Assembly: GCA_040218735.1 (NCBI GenBank)
Contig: JAVJQW010000006.1
Span: 1 to 64,000 of the forward strand
Direction of reading: 5' to 3'
Origin: Deltaproteobacteria bacterium
GTDB lineage: Bacteria > Myxococcota > Kuafuiibacteriia > Kuafuiibacteriales > Kuafuiibacteriaceae
Length of the DNA: 64,000 nucleotides
The notes under the pieces were generated by a model that saw nothing but the letters and a program-made list of their open reading frames with translations, had not been told where the DNA came from and ran no database searches. This document shows positions 55,251 to 64,000 of this stretch, piece after piece; within the stretch, counting starts at the first letter, position 1, and each line of letters starts with the position of its first letter. Position numbers and translations under genes: made by a program.

Positions 55251-56846
55251 ATGAGCGACACCGGTGACCGGATGCAGAAGATCGTCTCGCTGTGCAAACG
55301 GCGAGGGTTCGTGTTCCAGAGCAGCGAGATCTACGGCGGCCTGAAGAGCGCGTACGACTACGGTCCGATGGGCGTGGAGCTCAAGCGCAACCTCATGAAC
55401 GAGTGGTGGCGCGACATGGTGCACACCCGCGAGGACGTGGTCGGGCTCGACGCCTCCATCATGATGCACTCCGACGTCTGGCGCGCGTCCGGACACCTCT
55501 CCTCGTTCTCGGACCCGCTCGTCGACTGCAAGGTGTGTGGGGAGCGCTTCCGCGCCGACAAGGCGCCGCGCGCCGAGGCGGGGGCGGACGCGCCGATCGA
55601 GCTCGCCGACAAGGGGCGCGCGAAGACGGCGCTCGAGAAGGTCGAGAAGACGCTCGGCGTCACGCTGGAGCGCAAGGGCAAGACCCTCCACGGCGCGAAG
55701 GCGACGGACCGCGGCTACGTCTGCGCGAACTGCGGGTCGCCGTTCCTCTCGGAGGAGCGCCAGTTCAACCTGATGTTCCGCACCAACATCGGCGCGGTCG
55801 ACCCGATCGGTCGCGCGACGGAGGACGTCCTCGCGTTGGTCGAGAAGGCGAAGGCCGGCGAGGTCGACCTCGCGGCGGAGCTGAAGAACGTCCTCGCGTC
55901 GGCGGTGACCGACTCGGCGGTGTACCTGCGGCCGGAGACCGCGCAGGCGATGTTCGTGAACTTCATGAACGTCGCGCAGAGCGCAAACGTGAAGGTGCCG
56001 TTCGGCATCGCGCAGATGGGGAAGAGCTTCCGGAACGAGGTGACGGTCGAGCACTTCATCTTCCGCTCGTGTGAGTTCGAGCAGATGGAGATGGAGTTCT
56101 TCTGCCGCCCCGGCGACGGCCCGAAGTACATGGACTACTGGAAGGAGCAGCGCCTGAGCTGGTGGCGCTCGATCGGGTTGTCGAACGACAACCTGCGCTT
56201 CCGCAAACACGACGATGACGAGCTCGCGCACTACTCCGACGGTTGTTACGACGTGGAGTACAACTTCCCGTGGGGCTGGGACGAGCTCGAGGGCATCGCG
56301 AGCCGCACGAACTACGATCTGAACGCCCACGCGGTGGGGTCGGGGAAGAAGCTCAACTACTTCGAGCCGGAGACCGAGGATCCCGACACCGGCAAGAAGG
56401 GCTGGCGGTACGTGCCGCACGTCGTCGAGCCGGCGGCGGGGGCGACGCGCGGGATGCTCGCGGTGCTGTGTGACGCGTTCGACGACAGCGAGGTCGCCGA
56501 GGAGGGCAAGCCGCAGCGCACGGTGCTCCGGTTCAAGCCGCGCCTCGCGCCGATCAAGGCGGCGGTGTTGCCGCTGGTGAAGAAGGACGGGATGCCGGAG
56601 GCCGCGCGAGCGATCGCGGACGCGTTCTTCAAGGCGGGCATCAACGCGAGCTACGACGAGACCCACGCGATCGGTAAGCGCTACGCGCGCCACGACGAGA
56701 TCGGGACGCCGTACTGCCTGACCGTCGACGGCCAGACGAAGGAAGACGAGACCGTCACGATCCGCTACCGCGACACACGCGAGCAGGAGCGCATCCCGGT
56801 GCAGCAGGCGGTCGAGGTCGTGAAGAAGGCGCTGGCCGAAGACTGA
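55251..56846 (+). CDS. glyQS: glycine--tRNA ligase (alpha2 homodimeric type)
   Basis: KRRGFVFQSSEIYGG, YLRPETAQ, GKSFRNE, EFEQMEME, ELEGIASR, IGKRYARHDEIGTP. Confidence 0.95.
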   Translation: MSDTGDRMQKIVSLCKRRGFVFQSSEIYGGLKSAYDYGPMGVELKRNLMNEWWRDMVHTREDVVGLDASIMMHSDVWRASGHLSSFSDPLVDCKVCGERFRADKAPRAEAGADAPIELADKGRAKTALEKVEKTLGVTLERKGKTLHGAKATDRGYVCANCGSPFLSEERQFNLMFRTNIGAVDPIGRATEDVLALVEKAKAGEVDLAAELKNVLASAVTDSAVYLRPETAQAMFVNFMNVAQSANVKVPFGIAQMGKSFRNEVTVEHFIFRSCEFEQMEMEFFCRPGDGPKYMDYWKEQRLSWWRSIGLSNDNLRFRKHDDDELAHYSDGCYDVEYNFPWGWDELEGIASRTNYDLNAHAVGSGKKLNYFEPETEDPDTGKKGWRYVPHVVEPAAGATRGMLAVLCDAFDDSEVAEEGKPQRTVLRFKPRLAPIKAAVLPLVKKDGMPEAARAIADAFFKAGINASYDETHAIGKRYARHDEIGTPYCLTVDGQTKEDETVTIRYRDTREQERIPVQQAVEVVKKALAED

Positions 56847-56847
56847 C

Positions 56848-57846
56848 GTGCGGGCCGCGCGCATCCATTCGTACGGGCCGCCCGACGTCCTGAAGATCGA
56901 CGACGTCGCGGTGCCGACGGCGGGGCCGAACGACGTGTTGATCGAGGTGCACGCGTCGAGCGTGAACCCGGTCGACACGAAGATCCGGTCGGGCGCGCAG
57001 CGCGGTGTGATTCGCTACGCGCTGCCGCACACGCTCGGGCTCGACGTGAGCGGCGTCGTCACCGAGGTGGGCGCGAACGTGACGGACTTCGAGGTGGGCG
57101 ACGAGGTCGTCAGCTCGCCGACGCACAAACGCCCGGGCTGTTACGCCGAGCACGTCGCGATCGATGCGAGCGCGGTGGCGAAGAAGGCACCGTCGTTGTC
57201 GCACCACGAAGCGGCGTCGATCCCGTTGGTCGCGTTGACCGCGTGGCAGGGGCTGGTCGACTTCGGTGGCGTGCGGGAGGGCGACAAGGTCTTCGTGCAG
57301 GCTGGGAGCGGTGGCGTCGGCTCGGTCGCGATTCAGATCGCGAAGCACTTCGGCGCGTACGTCGCGACGACGTGCAGCACGAGGAACGTGGAGCTCGTGA
57401 CTTCGCTGGGCGCGGACGAGGTCATCGACTACACGAAGGCGGACTACGCCGAGGTGCTCTCGGACTACGACATCGTCGTCGACAACCTCGGCTACGAGCA
57501 CCTGCCGAAGGCGCGCGGTGTCCTGAAGCGTGGCGGTCGGCTCGCGATGAACGTCGGCGGGATCCCGGGCGCGACGAAGAAGTATGGGCCGAACCTCGGC
57601 GCGGTCGCGGCGATCGGGGGTGCGGTACGGTTCATCGTGGCGTCGCGGCTCTTTCACGGCGTTCGGGCGCGCAACGTGCTGCGCCCCAGCGACGGCGGAC
57701 GTCTCGCGCAGATCATGGCGCTGTGTGAAGAGGGCGCGATCCGGCCGACGATCGACTCGGTGGTGCCGCTCGATCAGATCGCCGACGCGCACGCCAAGAG
57801 CGAGACGGGCCGCGCGCGCGGCAAGATCGTCATCGCGGTGAAGTAG
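56848..57846 (+). CDS. NADP-dependent oxidoreductase (MDR/quinone reductase-like)
   Basis: SVNPVD, LGLDVSG, AGSGGVGSVAIQIAK, LGADEVIDY, GRARGKIV. Confidence 0.9.
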   Translation: MRAARIHSYGPPDVLKIDDVAVPTAGPNDVLIEVHASSVNPVDTKIRSGAQRGVIRYALPHTLGLDVSGVVTEVGANVTDFEVGDEVVSSPTHKRPGCYAEHVAIDASAVAKKAPSLSHHEAASIPLVALTAWQGLVDFGGVREGDKVFVQAGSGGVGSVAIQIAKHFGAYVATTCSTRNVELVTSLGADEVIDYTKADYAEVLSDYDIVVDNLGYEHLPKARGVLKRGGRLAMNVGGIPGATKKYGPNLGAVAAIGGAVRFIVASRLFHGVRARNVLRPSDGGRLAQIMALCEEGAIRPTIDSVVPLDQIADAHAKSETGRARGKIVIAVK

Positions 57847-57971
57847 GCCGTGTGTGTCAGCGCGCACGTTTCGCCGAACGTGCATGTTCGCTGTAGGAAG
57901 GGCGTCTCGAAACCAAACCTGGGAGGCGCCGCCGCACTTCGTCGGCGGCCAAGAAGAAAGATTTGTCGATT

Positions 57972-58547
57972 ATGCACGCCATCAAAGATTCACGTTCTCT
58001 CCTCATCGCCACACTGTTCTCGGCGACCGCGTTTGCCTGCGGCGGCGGCACCTCGTTCTCCGCCGGTGTCGACGGCAACAAGCAGGTGAAGGACCTCACG
58101 GACTCCGACGCGCAGACGCTCTGCAAGGCCGCCGAGGAGACGGCGAACGACTTCTTCGACGACAACAAGGACGGCTTCTGCAAGTTCAGCGGCGCGTTCG
58201 CGGGCATCTTCGCGGGCAGCCTCGGCGGCGACGCGCAGTCGACCTGCGAGATGGCCGTGACCCAGTGCGAGAGCCAGGCGTCTACGGAGCCCGCGATGTG
58301 CGAGCCGATGGTCACCGACTGCGAAGCCACGATCGCGGAGATCGAAGCCTGCTACAACGACTCGCTCGACGTCGCCGCCGACCTCCTCGACAAGTTCGCC
58401 GGGAAGTCCTGCGCGGACCTCATCGCCGACGAGAGCTCGCTGAACATCACCGCGGACACGCCGGCATCCTGCGTGGCGCTGGAAGAGAAGTGTCCGTCGC
58501 TCGAGTTCGGGAACGTCTCGGTGGGGACGAGCAGCACGGCGGGCTGA
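57972..58547 (+). CDS. Cys-rich hypothetical lipoprotein
   Basis: AFACGGG lipobox; L.D.DAQTLC; CEATIAEIEAC. Confidence 0.75.
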   Translation: MHAIKDSRSLLIATLFSATAFACGGGTSFSAGVDGNKQVKDLTDSDAQTLCKAAEETANDFFDDNKDGFCKFSGAFAGIFAGSLGGDAQSTCEMAVTQCESQASTEPAMCEPMVTDCEATIAEIEACYNDSLDVAADLLDKFAGKSCADLIADESSLNITADTPASCVALEEKCPSLEFGNVSVGTSSTAG

Positions 58548-58549
58548 CA

Positions 58550-58611
58550 AGCCGACGCCTGACGAAGTCAGCCGACGGCGCCAAGGGAGCCGGCTGACTT
58601 CGTCAGCGGCT
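58550..58611. terminator. inverted repeat between convergent genes (bidirectional terminator / paired REP-like units)
   Basis: 16-bp perfect inverted repeat ctgacgaagtcagccg (58559-74) / cggctgacttcgtcag (58591-606). Confidence 0.65.
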
Positions 58612-58619
58612 GGGCTGCC

Positions 58620-59399
58620 TCAAAGATCCGTGGGGGCGCGGTCGAGGACATCCTCTTCCGCCATGAACACCGTGGGCTCGGCCCACCCATCCGGGACCTC
58701 GCCGTCGTCTCCGAGCAGCACGGTCTGCGGCGTCTTCGTCGGCAGGCCGGTGCGCGGCATCGAGGGATCGATGCGCTTGGGGAGCATCATCTCCACGGCG
58801 TCCGCGAACAGGCGCGCCTCCTTCGCCGCGACGCTGCGCGGCGCGATCGACACGACGGGCACGCCTTCGATCATCGCGCGCTCGTGCTGCGGGCGATCCG
58901 ACAGCGCGACGTTCATCAGCCAGTCGCGCGGCACGAGGCTCGCGCCGGCGAGGCGGGTGGTGCCGCGCGGGCCGCGCGTCCAGAAGACGCCGACGCGCAA
59001 CCACGGGCGGAGGCGCTGCGCTTCTTGAGCGAGCGCGAGCGTCGGGGTGAGGGTGTCGGTCGAGAGCACGCCCGGTATCACCGGGATGAGCACGACGTCC
59101 GACGCCATCATCGCGTTCCACTGCTTTTCTCGATCCATCGACGGCGTGTCGACGATGCCGACGTGGCCGCTCTGTTCGATGTGCTCGAGGAGCAGGTCGG
59201 GGCGAAGCAGCGCGCCGGCGAGCGCTTCGACGTGCACGTCGCACTGCGTTTCGAGCGCCCATCGCGTCGCGGCGCGGAAGGGATCACCGTCGATGAGGTC
59301 GACGCCTCGGCCACGCCGCGCAAGCTCGCCTGCGAGCGTGATGGTCGTGAGTGACTTGCCCGAACCCCCCTTGAGCCCGACGACCGCGATGACCGGCAT
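58620..59399 (-). CDS. ParA family ATPase (orphan)
   Basis: Deviant Walker A LKGGSGKS, LIDGDP, IVDTP, SDVVLIPV. Confidence 0.85.
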   Translation of the reverse strand: MPVIAVVGLKGGSGKSLTTITLAGELARRGRGVDLIDGDPFRAATRWALETQCDVHVEALAGALLRPDLLLEHIEQSGHVGIVDTPSMDREKQWNAMMASDVVLIPVIPGVLSTDTLTPTLALAQEAQRLRPWLRVGVFWTRGPRGTTRLAGASLVPRDWLMNVALSDRPQHERAMIEGVPVVSIAPRSVAAKEARLFADAVEMMLPKRIDPSMPRTGLPTKTPQTVLLGDDGEVPDGWAEPTVFMAEEDVLDRAPTDL

Positions 59400-59443
59400 G
59401 CACGGTCATGTTGCAGACAACCCGGACCTCTACGCAAGACAGT

Positions 59444-59920
59444 TCAGCGACCGAATTTCTTCCACGCGTCCGGCAACGGCGCGTTCAGCAACCTCTCTGC
59501 GGAACCACCATCGAGCAGAACGAACTTCAACGTCGCCTGACATGCCACTTCTTCGTTCTGACTGATCATGACCTCGACCTCGATCACGCGGCGGTTCGCG
59601 TTCACGACGCGCCCATGGCCCACCGTCTCGACGCCGATGCGCACGGGACGCTTCAGGCGGCACTCGGCGTGCGTCGTGAAACCGAACTTGCCGAGCTTCT
59701 CGATGATCGCCCACGCCGCGACTTCGTCCGCTAGCGTCATGACCAGGCCGCCGTGCATGACACCCGGCGGTCCCTGGTAGCGATCGTCGGGGACGAACCG
59801 CGTCACGACCCCGCCATCCTCGCGCTCGAACGCGAGGCGAAAGCCGATCGGGTGCGCGGGCGCGCAGCCGAAACACGGTTGGTCTTCACCGAAGAGGCGG
59901 CCGTCGAGGGGCTCGTTCAT
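59444..59920 (-). CDS. PaaI-family (hotdog) thioesterase
   Basis: CFGC..HPIG, YQGPPGVMHGGLVMTLADE. Confidence 0.88.
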   Translation of the reverse strand: MNEPLDGRLFGEDQPCFGCAPAHPIGFRLAFEREDGGVVTRFVPDDRYQGPPGVMHGGLVMTLADEVAAWAIIEKLGKFGFTTHAECRLKRPVRIGVETVGHGRVVNANRRVIEVEVMISQNEEVACQATLKFVLLDGGSAERLLNAPLPDAWKKFGR

Positions 59921-60002
59921 GCTCCGGCCGTAACAAGCCGCCCGCTCCGCGGCGACCCGAGAATTGACATGGAAACGTTTGTTCAGTATCTCGGTCCTCA
60001 GG

Positions 60003-60620
60003 ATGGTCCTCGCCCAGCGCTCCCTGTTCGGGACGAATGACGCACCCCGCATCGATCGCCGCCTCACGGGGCTCCGTCGCGTCGAGCTCGGCGACGGCGC
60101 CTGGATCGATCACCTGCCCGGGTGGGTCGAGGGGCACGCCGTGCTGTTCGACGCGCTGCGCACCGCGATGCAGTGGCGTACGGCGAAGCGGCCCATGTAC
60201 GACCGCATCGTCGACGTCCCGCGGATGCTCGCGTCCGTCCCGGACGACGGCGTGCCGCCGCCGGTGGTCGACGACATCGCGCTCGCGCTCTCGGCGCAGT
60301 ACGGGCTCCTCTTCGAGTTCGTGCACATGGCGCTGTACCGCGACGGCCAGGACAGCGTCGCGATGCATGCCGACCACGTCCTCTTCGACACGATCGTCCC
60401 GATCGTCTCCGTGGGTACGCCGCGCAAGTTCGTGCTGAAGCCGGCGAACGGCGGACCGTCACGCGCGCTCACGCTGGGGTGGGGCGATCTGCTGGTCATG
60501 GGCGGGACGTGTCAGTCCACGTGGATGCACGGCGTCCCCAAGACCAAACGCCACGCCGACCCGCGCATCAGCATCATGTTCCGCACCCAAGCGAGTCGGG
60601 TAGGCCAACGCCAAGACTGA
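60003..60620 (+). CDS. AlkB-like 2OG-Fe(II) dioxygenase
   Basis: MYDRIVDVPR, LYRDGQDSVAMHAD, GDLLVMGG, WMHGVPK, RISIMFR. Confidence 0.88.
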   Translation: MVLAQRSLFGTNDAPRIDRRLTGLRRVELGDGAWIDHLPGWVEGHAVLFDALRTAMQWRTAKRPMYDRIVDVPRMLASVPDDGVPPPVVDDIALALSAQYGLLFEFVHMALYRDGQDSVAMHADHVLFDTIVPIVSVGTPRKFVLKPANGGPSRALTLGWGDLLVMGGTCQSTWMHGVPKTKRHADPRISIMFRTQASRVGQRQD

Positions 60621-60642
60621 GCCGGCCGGCGCTACCGGAGGA

Positions 60643-61311
60643 CTAACGGCCCGTGAAGCCCTTCACCGCGTCGAGGATCTCCTGGCCGTCGGCGTTTTCG
60701 TTCCCCGACGGGGTGCCGTGCGTGGAGATGTACTCGATGACCATCGTGTCGCGCGGGACGATCAGGTCGAAGCCCCGGCCGATCGCAAACGGCGAGTTGT
60801 CGAACGCGCGCGCGACGGGCGCGGTCTCGCCGTCACCGACGCAGACCCCGCGGTCCGCGCCGAACCCGCGAATCGTGTCGTAGCAGCTCTGCGCCGTGCC
60901 CGGCTGCGAACGTGAGTTCGCCTCGAGCACCCAGATGATCCCGGCGCCCGCGGCTTCGATTTGATCGTCGTACTCGGCCACCGACCTGGCGTGCCTGATA
61001 CAGGCGCTTCACCAGGCCGGGACGGACACGAACAACAGGACGTCGAACGGGCTCCAGTCCATGTCGTCGTCGGTGTCACAGTGCGCGTGTTCGAGGTCGA
61101 GCGCGGTCATCGCCTGGTCTTCGAGCGCGCGCGCGCTCGCCCAGCGATAGGGCCAGATCACCTGGTCCTCGGTCATCGGCTCGATCGCGCCGTCCGGATA
61201 GGCGCACGCTCCGGTGCGGGGGCCGCCGTCGCGCACGATGGCGTCCGCGGGGATGCCGTTCTGTCCGCAGGCGAAGCCGACCAGCGAGGTCAGCGCGATC
61301 CACCACCGCAT
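60643..61311 (-). CDS. probable selenocysteine-containing thioredoxin-fold (TlpA/redoxin-like) lipoprotein, UxxC motif
   Basis: ORFs 61009-61329 and 60643-60981 are in one frame separated by a single TGA (61011-61009): LLFVSVPAW-TGA-SACIRHARSVAEY; lipobox VGFAC. Confidence 0.8.
60977..61008 (-). promoter_or_regulatory. putative bacterial SECIS element
   Basis: Directly 3' of the UGA: ...GCCA-GGUCGG-UGGC hairpin with a G-led loop about 23 nt after the UGA, reminiscent of the CAGGUC loop of the E. coli fdhF SECIS. Confidence 0.55.
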
Positions 61312-61376
61312 CGGCGGCAAGCGTGCCACGGCGAGCGGTTCATTGGCCAGTTGGGGGATGTTAGAACGGCGGTCCC

Positions 61377-62249
61377 GTGTCCCACGCCGTCGACAGCCCG
61401 TACCTAGTCCCCTTCGACGAGAGGTTCGACCTCGACCAGGCGCAGACCGCGCCCCCGAAGGACGCGCCGAAGAAGAAGGCGCTCGAGGACCAGCTCGACG
61501 ATCACGTCGATCGCCTCGCGAAGATCCAACGCAAGCTCTACGCCGACGACCGCTTCTCCGTCCTCGCGGTCTTCCAGGCGATGGACGCCGCCGGCAAGGA
61601 CAGCACGATCCGGAAGGTCTTCTCCGGCGTGAACCCCGCCGGCTTCCAGGTGACGCCGTTCAAGAAACCGTCGTCGACGGAGCTCGACCACGACTTCCTC
61701 TGGCGCACCACCCTCGCGCTCCCCGAGCGCGGCCGGATCGGCGTCTTCAACCGCAGCTACTACGAAGAGGTCCTCGTCGTACGCGTGCACCCGAAGATCC
61801 TCGAGTACCAGCGCCTCCCGAACGTCGACGCGTCCACGATTTGGGACGAGCGCTTCGCGTCGATCGCCGACTTCGAAAAACACCTCGCGCGCAACGGCAC
61901 CGTCGTCGTGAAGTTCTTCCTCAACGTCTCCAAGGACGAGCAGAAGGCGCGCTTCCTCGCGCGTCTCGACGACCCGAAGAAGAACTGGAAGTTCTCCGAG
62001 GGCGACCTCGACGAGCGCGAGCACTGGGCCGACTACCAGGCCGCGTACCAGGACGCCCTGCGGCGCACGTCGCGTCCGAACGCCCCGTGGTACTGCATCC
62101 CGGCCGACGACAAACCGTTCATGCGTGCCACGGTCGCGTCGATCCTCGCGGACACGATCGAGGGACTCCCCCTGCGTTGGCCGGAGCTGTCCGCCGAAGA
62201 GGAGGCGAAGGTGCCCCAATGGCGGGCCCGCCTCGACGCCGACCGGTAA
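61377..62249 (+). CDS. ppk2: polyphosphate kinase 2 family protein
   Basis: FQAMDAAGKDSTI, FKKPS..ELDHDFLWR, IGVFNRSYYEEVL, KKNWKFS, APWYCIPADDK. Confidence 0.92.
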   Translation: MSHAVDSPYLVPFDERFDLDQAQTAPPKDAPKKKALEDQLDDHVDRLAKIQRKLYADDRFSVLAVFQAMDAAGKDSTIRKVFSGVNPAGFQVTPFKKPSSTELDHDFLWRTTLALPERGRIGVFNRSYYEEVLVVRVHPKILEYQRLPNVDASTIWDERFASIADFEKHLARNGTVVVKFFLNVSKDEQKARFLARLDDPKKNWKFSEGDLDEREHWADYQAAYQDALRRTSRPNAPWYCIPADDKPFMRATVASILADTIEGLPLRWPELSAEEEAKVPQWRARLDADR

Positions 62250-62305
62250 GGGATACCTAAAAGCCCTTGGAACGGGGTCCGCGGCGGTGCTACGAACGCG
62301 CCACC

Positions 62306-63736
62306 GTGGAGTTCCCGACGATCAAGTTCGTCTACTTCGCGCTCATCACGCTGACGATCAGCTGGCTCCTCTTCCAGAAGCGCACGGTCCAGAAGGTCTT
62401 CCTCCTCGCGGCGTCGTACTACTTCGCGTGGCAGTGGAAGCCGCTGTTCCTCGGCGTCATCGTCTTCTCGTCGCTGATGAACTACGGCTTCGGCCGCGCG
62501 CTCACCGCGATGCGCGGCCACCCGAAGCGGCAAGCCGTGTTGACGGTGGGGCTCGTCGCGAACCTCGGCGTCCTCGGGTTCTTCAAGTACTACGGCTTCT
62601 TCATCGAGAACCTGCAGAACCTCACCGACCTGCTCGGCCTGTCGGTGCACCTGCCGATCCTCGAGGTGCTCGTCCCGTTCGGGATCAGCTTCTACACGTT
62701 CCAGGGGATGTCGTACCTGGTCGACACCCACCGCGACCAGGCGGTGCAGCCTCAGACGCTGCTCGACTGGATGCTGTTCATCAGCTTCTTCCCGCAGCTC
62801 GGGGCCGGGCCCATCTGCCGCTCCCACGAGCTGCTCCCCCAGCTGCACGCCCCCGCGCCCGCGCGCATCGAGCGGCTCTCCGAGGCGGTCGCGCTGATCG
62901 GCACCGGCCTCTTCAAGAAGATGGTGATGGCGACCTACCTCGCGTCGCACACCACCACGGACGCGTTCCTGTTCCCGAAGAACTGGTCGACCGTCGAGCT
63001 CGTGCTCGCGACCTACGCGTACACCGCGCAGGTGTACCTCGACTTCTCGGGCTACACCGACATCGCGCGCGGCGTCGGGCTGCTGTTCGGCTTCGACATC
63101 CCCGAGAACTTCAACTACCCGTACCGCGCGACGAACATCGGCGACTTCTGGCGCCGGTGGCACATCACGTTCTCCACCTGGCTGCGGCACTACATCTACT
63201 TCCCGCTCGGCGGCTCGCGGAAGGGGAAGCTGCGCACGTACTTCAACCTGATGGTCACGTTCGTCTCGTGCGGCATCTGGCACGGGGCGTCGTGGGGTTA
63301 CATCATCTGGGGCGGTCTGCACGGCATCGGGCTGACCGTGTACAAGGCGTCGCTCGACATCCGGCGTGACCTCGGCATGAAGGCCGAGGGGCCCTGGCCG
63401 TGGTGGTGGTCCGTCATGGGTTGGTTCATGACGCTGTCGTTCTGCGCGTTCGCGCGCATCTTCTTCAAGACGCCGGACCTCGTCACTGCGTTCGACTTCT
63501 GGGGGGTGCTGTTCTCGTTCACCGGTCGGGGCGCGGGCCTCGACGTCGGCGTGTTGTTCCTGACCTTCCTCACCATCTTCATGAACTTCTACGGGCGCCC
63601 GGTGTTCGACGCGCTCGTCAACCTCCACGACAAGATCCCCGCCATCGCGCGCCCCGTCGCGTGGGCGGCGATGATGCTCGCGCTGTTCACGCTCAAACCC
63701 GAGGGCATGGCGGCGACGATCTACTTCTCCTTCTGA
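62306..63736 (+). CDS. MBOAT family O-acyltransferase (AlgI-like)
   Basis: PFGISFYTFQ, SFFPQL.AGPI, DFSGYTDIA, ENFNYPY, FWRRWHIT.S.W..YIY, GIWHGA. Confidence 0.92.
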   Translation: MEFPTIKFVYFALITLTISWLLFQKRTVQKVFLLAASYYFAWQWKPLFLGVIVFSSLMNYGFGRALTAMRGHPKRQAVLTVGLVANLGVLGFFKYYGFFIENLQNLTDLLGLSVHLPILEVLVPFGISFYTFQGMSYLVDTHRDQAVQPQTLLDWMLFISFFPQLGAGPICRSHELLPQLHAPAPARIERLSEAVALIGTGLFKKMVMATYLASHTTTDAFLFPKNWSTVELVLATYAYTAQVYLDFSGYTDIARGVGLLFGFDIPENFNYPYRATNIGDFWRRWHITFSTWLRHYIYFPLGGSRKGKLRTYFNLMVTFVSCGIWHGASWGYIIWGGLHGIGLTVYKASLDIRRDLGMKAEGPWPWWWSVMGWFMTLSFCAFARIFFKTPDLVTAFDFWGVLFSFTGRGAGLDVGVLFLTFLTIFMNFYGRPVFDALVNLHDKIPAIARPVAWAAMMLALFTLKPEGMAATIYFSF

Positions 63737-64000
63737 TGTCTCCCGGTAGCCGCCCCGTCCGTCCGCTCGTGCTCCAGATCAGCGTCTGGGTGGCCGTGCT
63801 CTTCCTGTCGCTCTACGGCGCCGGGCACGTGCGCGACGAGATCACCAAGAGCGACGAGCTGTCGCAGTACGAGTGGCTCACCGACCTCGCGACGTCCGCG
63901 ATGAAGCTCGGCGACACCGTCGGCCTCACCGCGCTCGACACTGAGCTGCAGGGGCTCCGCAAGAAGATCAACGCGCCCTACACCGTGCTCGAGGCGGAGG
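63736..64000 (+). CDS. partial CDS, probable partner of the MBOAT gene (AlgJ/DUF459-like, by context only)
   Basis: TGATG overlap, N-terminal TM segment, open to the window end. Confidence 0.5.
   Translation, partial: MSPGSRPVRPLVLQISVWVAVLFLSLYGAGHVRDEITKSDELSQYEWLTDLATSAMKLGDTVGLTALDTELQGLRKKINAPYTVLEAE

Noticed and set aside
58620-59399. ParA as evidence of a plasmid or prophage
   Set aside because: No parB, rep, integrase or phage genes nearby; flanked by housekeeping genes
60643-61329. Two separate small genes or a pseudogene
   Set aside because: A single in-frame TGA at the catalytic Cys position plus a SECIS-like hairpin favours selenocysteine recoding

Overview
A 64 kb high-GC chromosomal window, most likely from a Myxococcota/deltaproteobacterium (MYXO-CTERM-like protease, DUF2330, a bactofilin triplet, FecR-TPR ECF systems, many Cys-rich lipoproteins). 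It holds about 56 CDS. I saw no rRNA, tRNA, CRISPR array or transposase. Housekeeping and metabolic genes include pyrF, alpha2-type GlyRS, PPK2, MscS, thiolase, PaaN, a carotenoid/stilbene oxygenase, SDR, MFS and MBOAT. Highlights: (1) A translationally coupled ECF sigma / membrane anti-sigma / TPR-CHAT protease operon followed by an S8 protease, resembling a CRISPR-free Csx29-Csx30-sigma circuit. Its putative promoter GTC(A/G)GAT-N15-CGTATGGG occurs three times, and two copies are embedded in hairpins that would hide the AUG in read-through RNA. (2) A thioredoxin-fold lipoprotein with an in-frame W-UGA-S-A-C (UxxC) motif and a SECIS-like hairpin, i.e. a probable selenoprotein that the ORF track splits in two. 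(3) sigma28-like promoters in front of effector-like genes, including a DUF3626-like + HipA/PI3K-like kinase fusion. (4) A DUF4781-like + clan-CD protease toxin-like gene downstream of a sigma54-type promoter. (5) A second ECF system with twin divergent promoters. All family assignments come from motif recognition by eye, not database searches, and start codons are best estimates.
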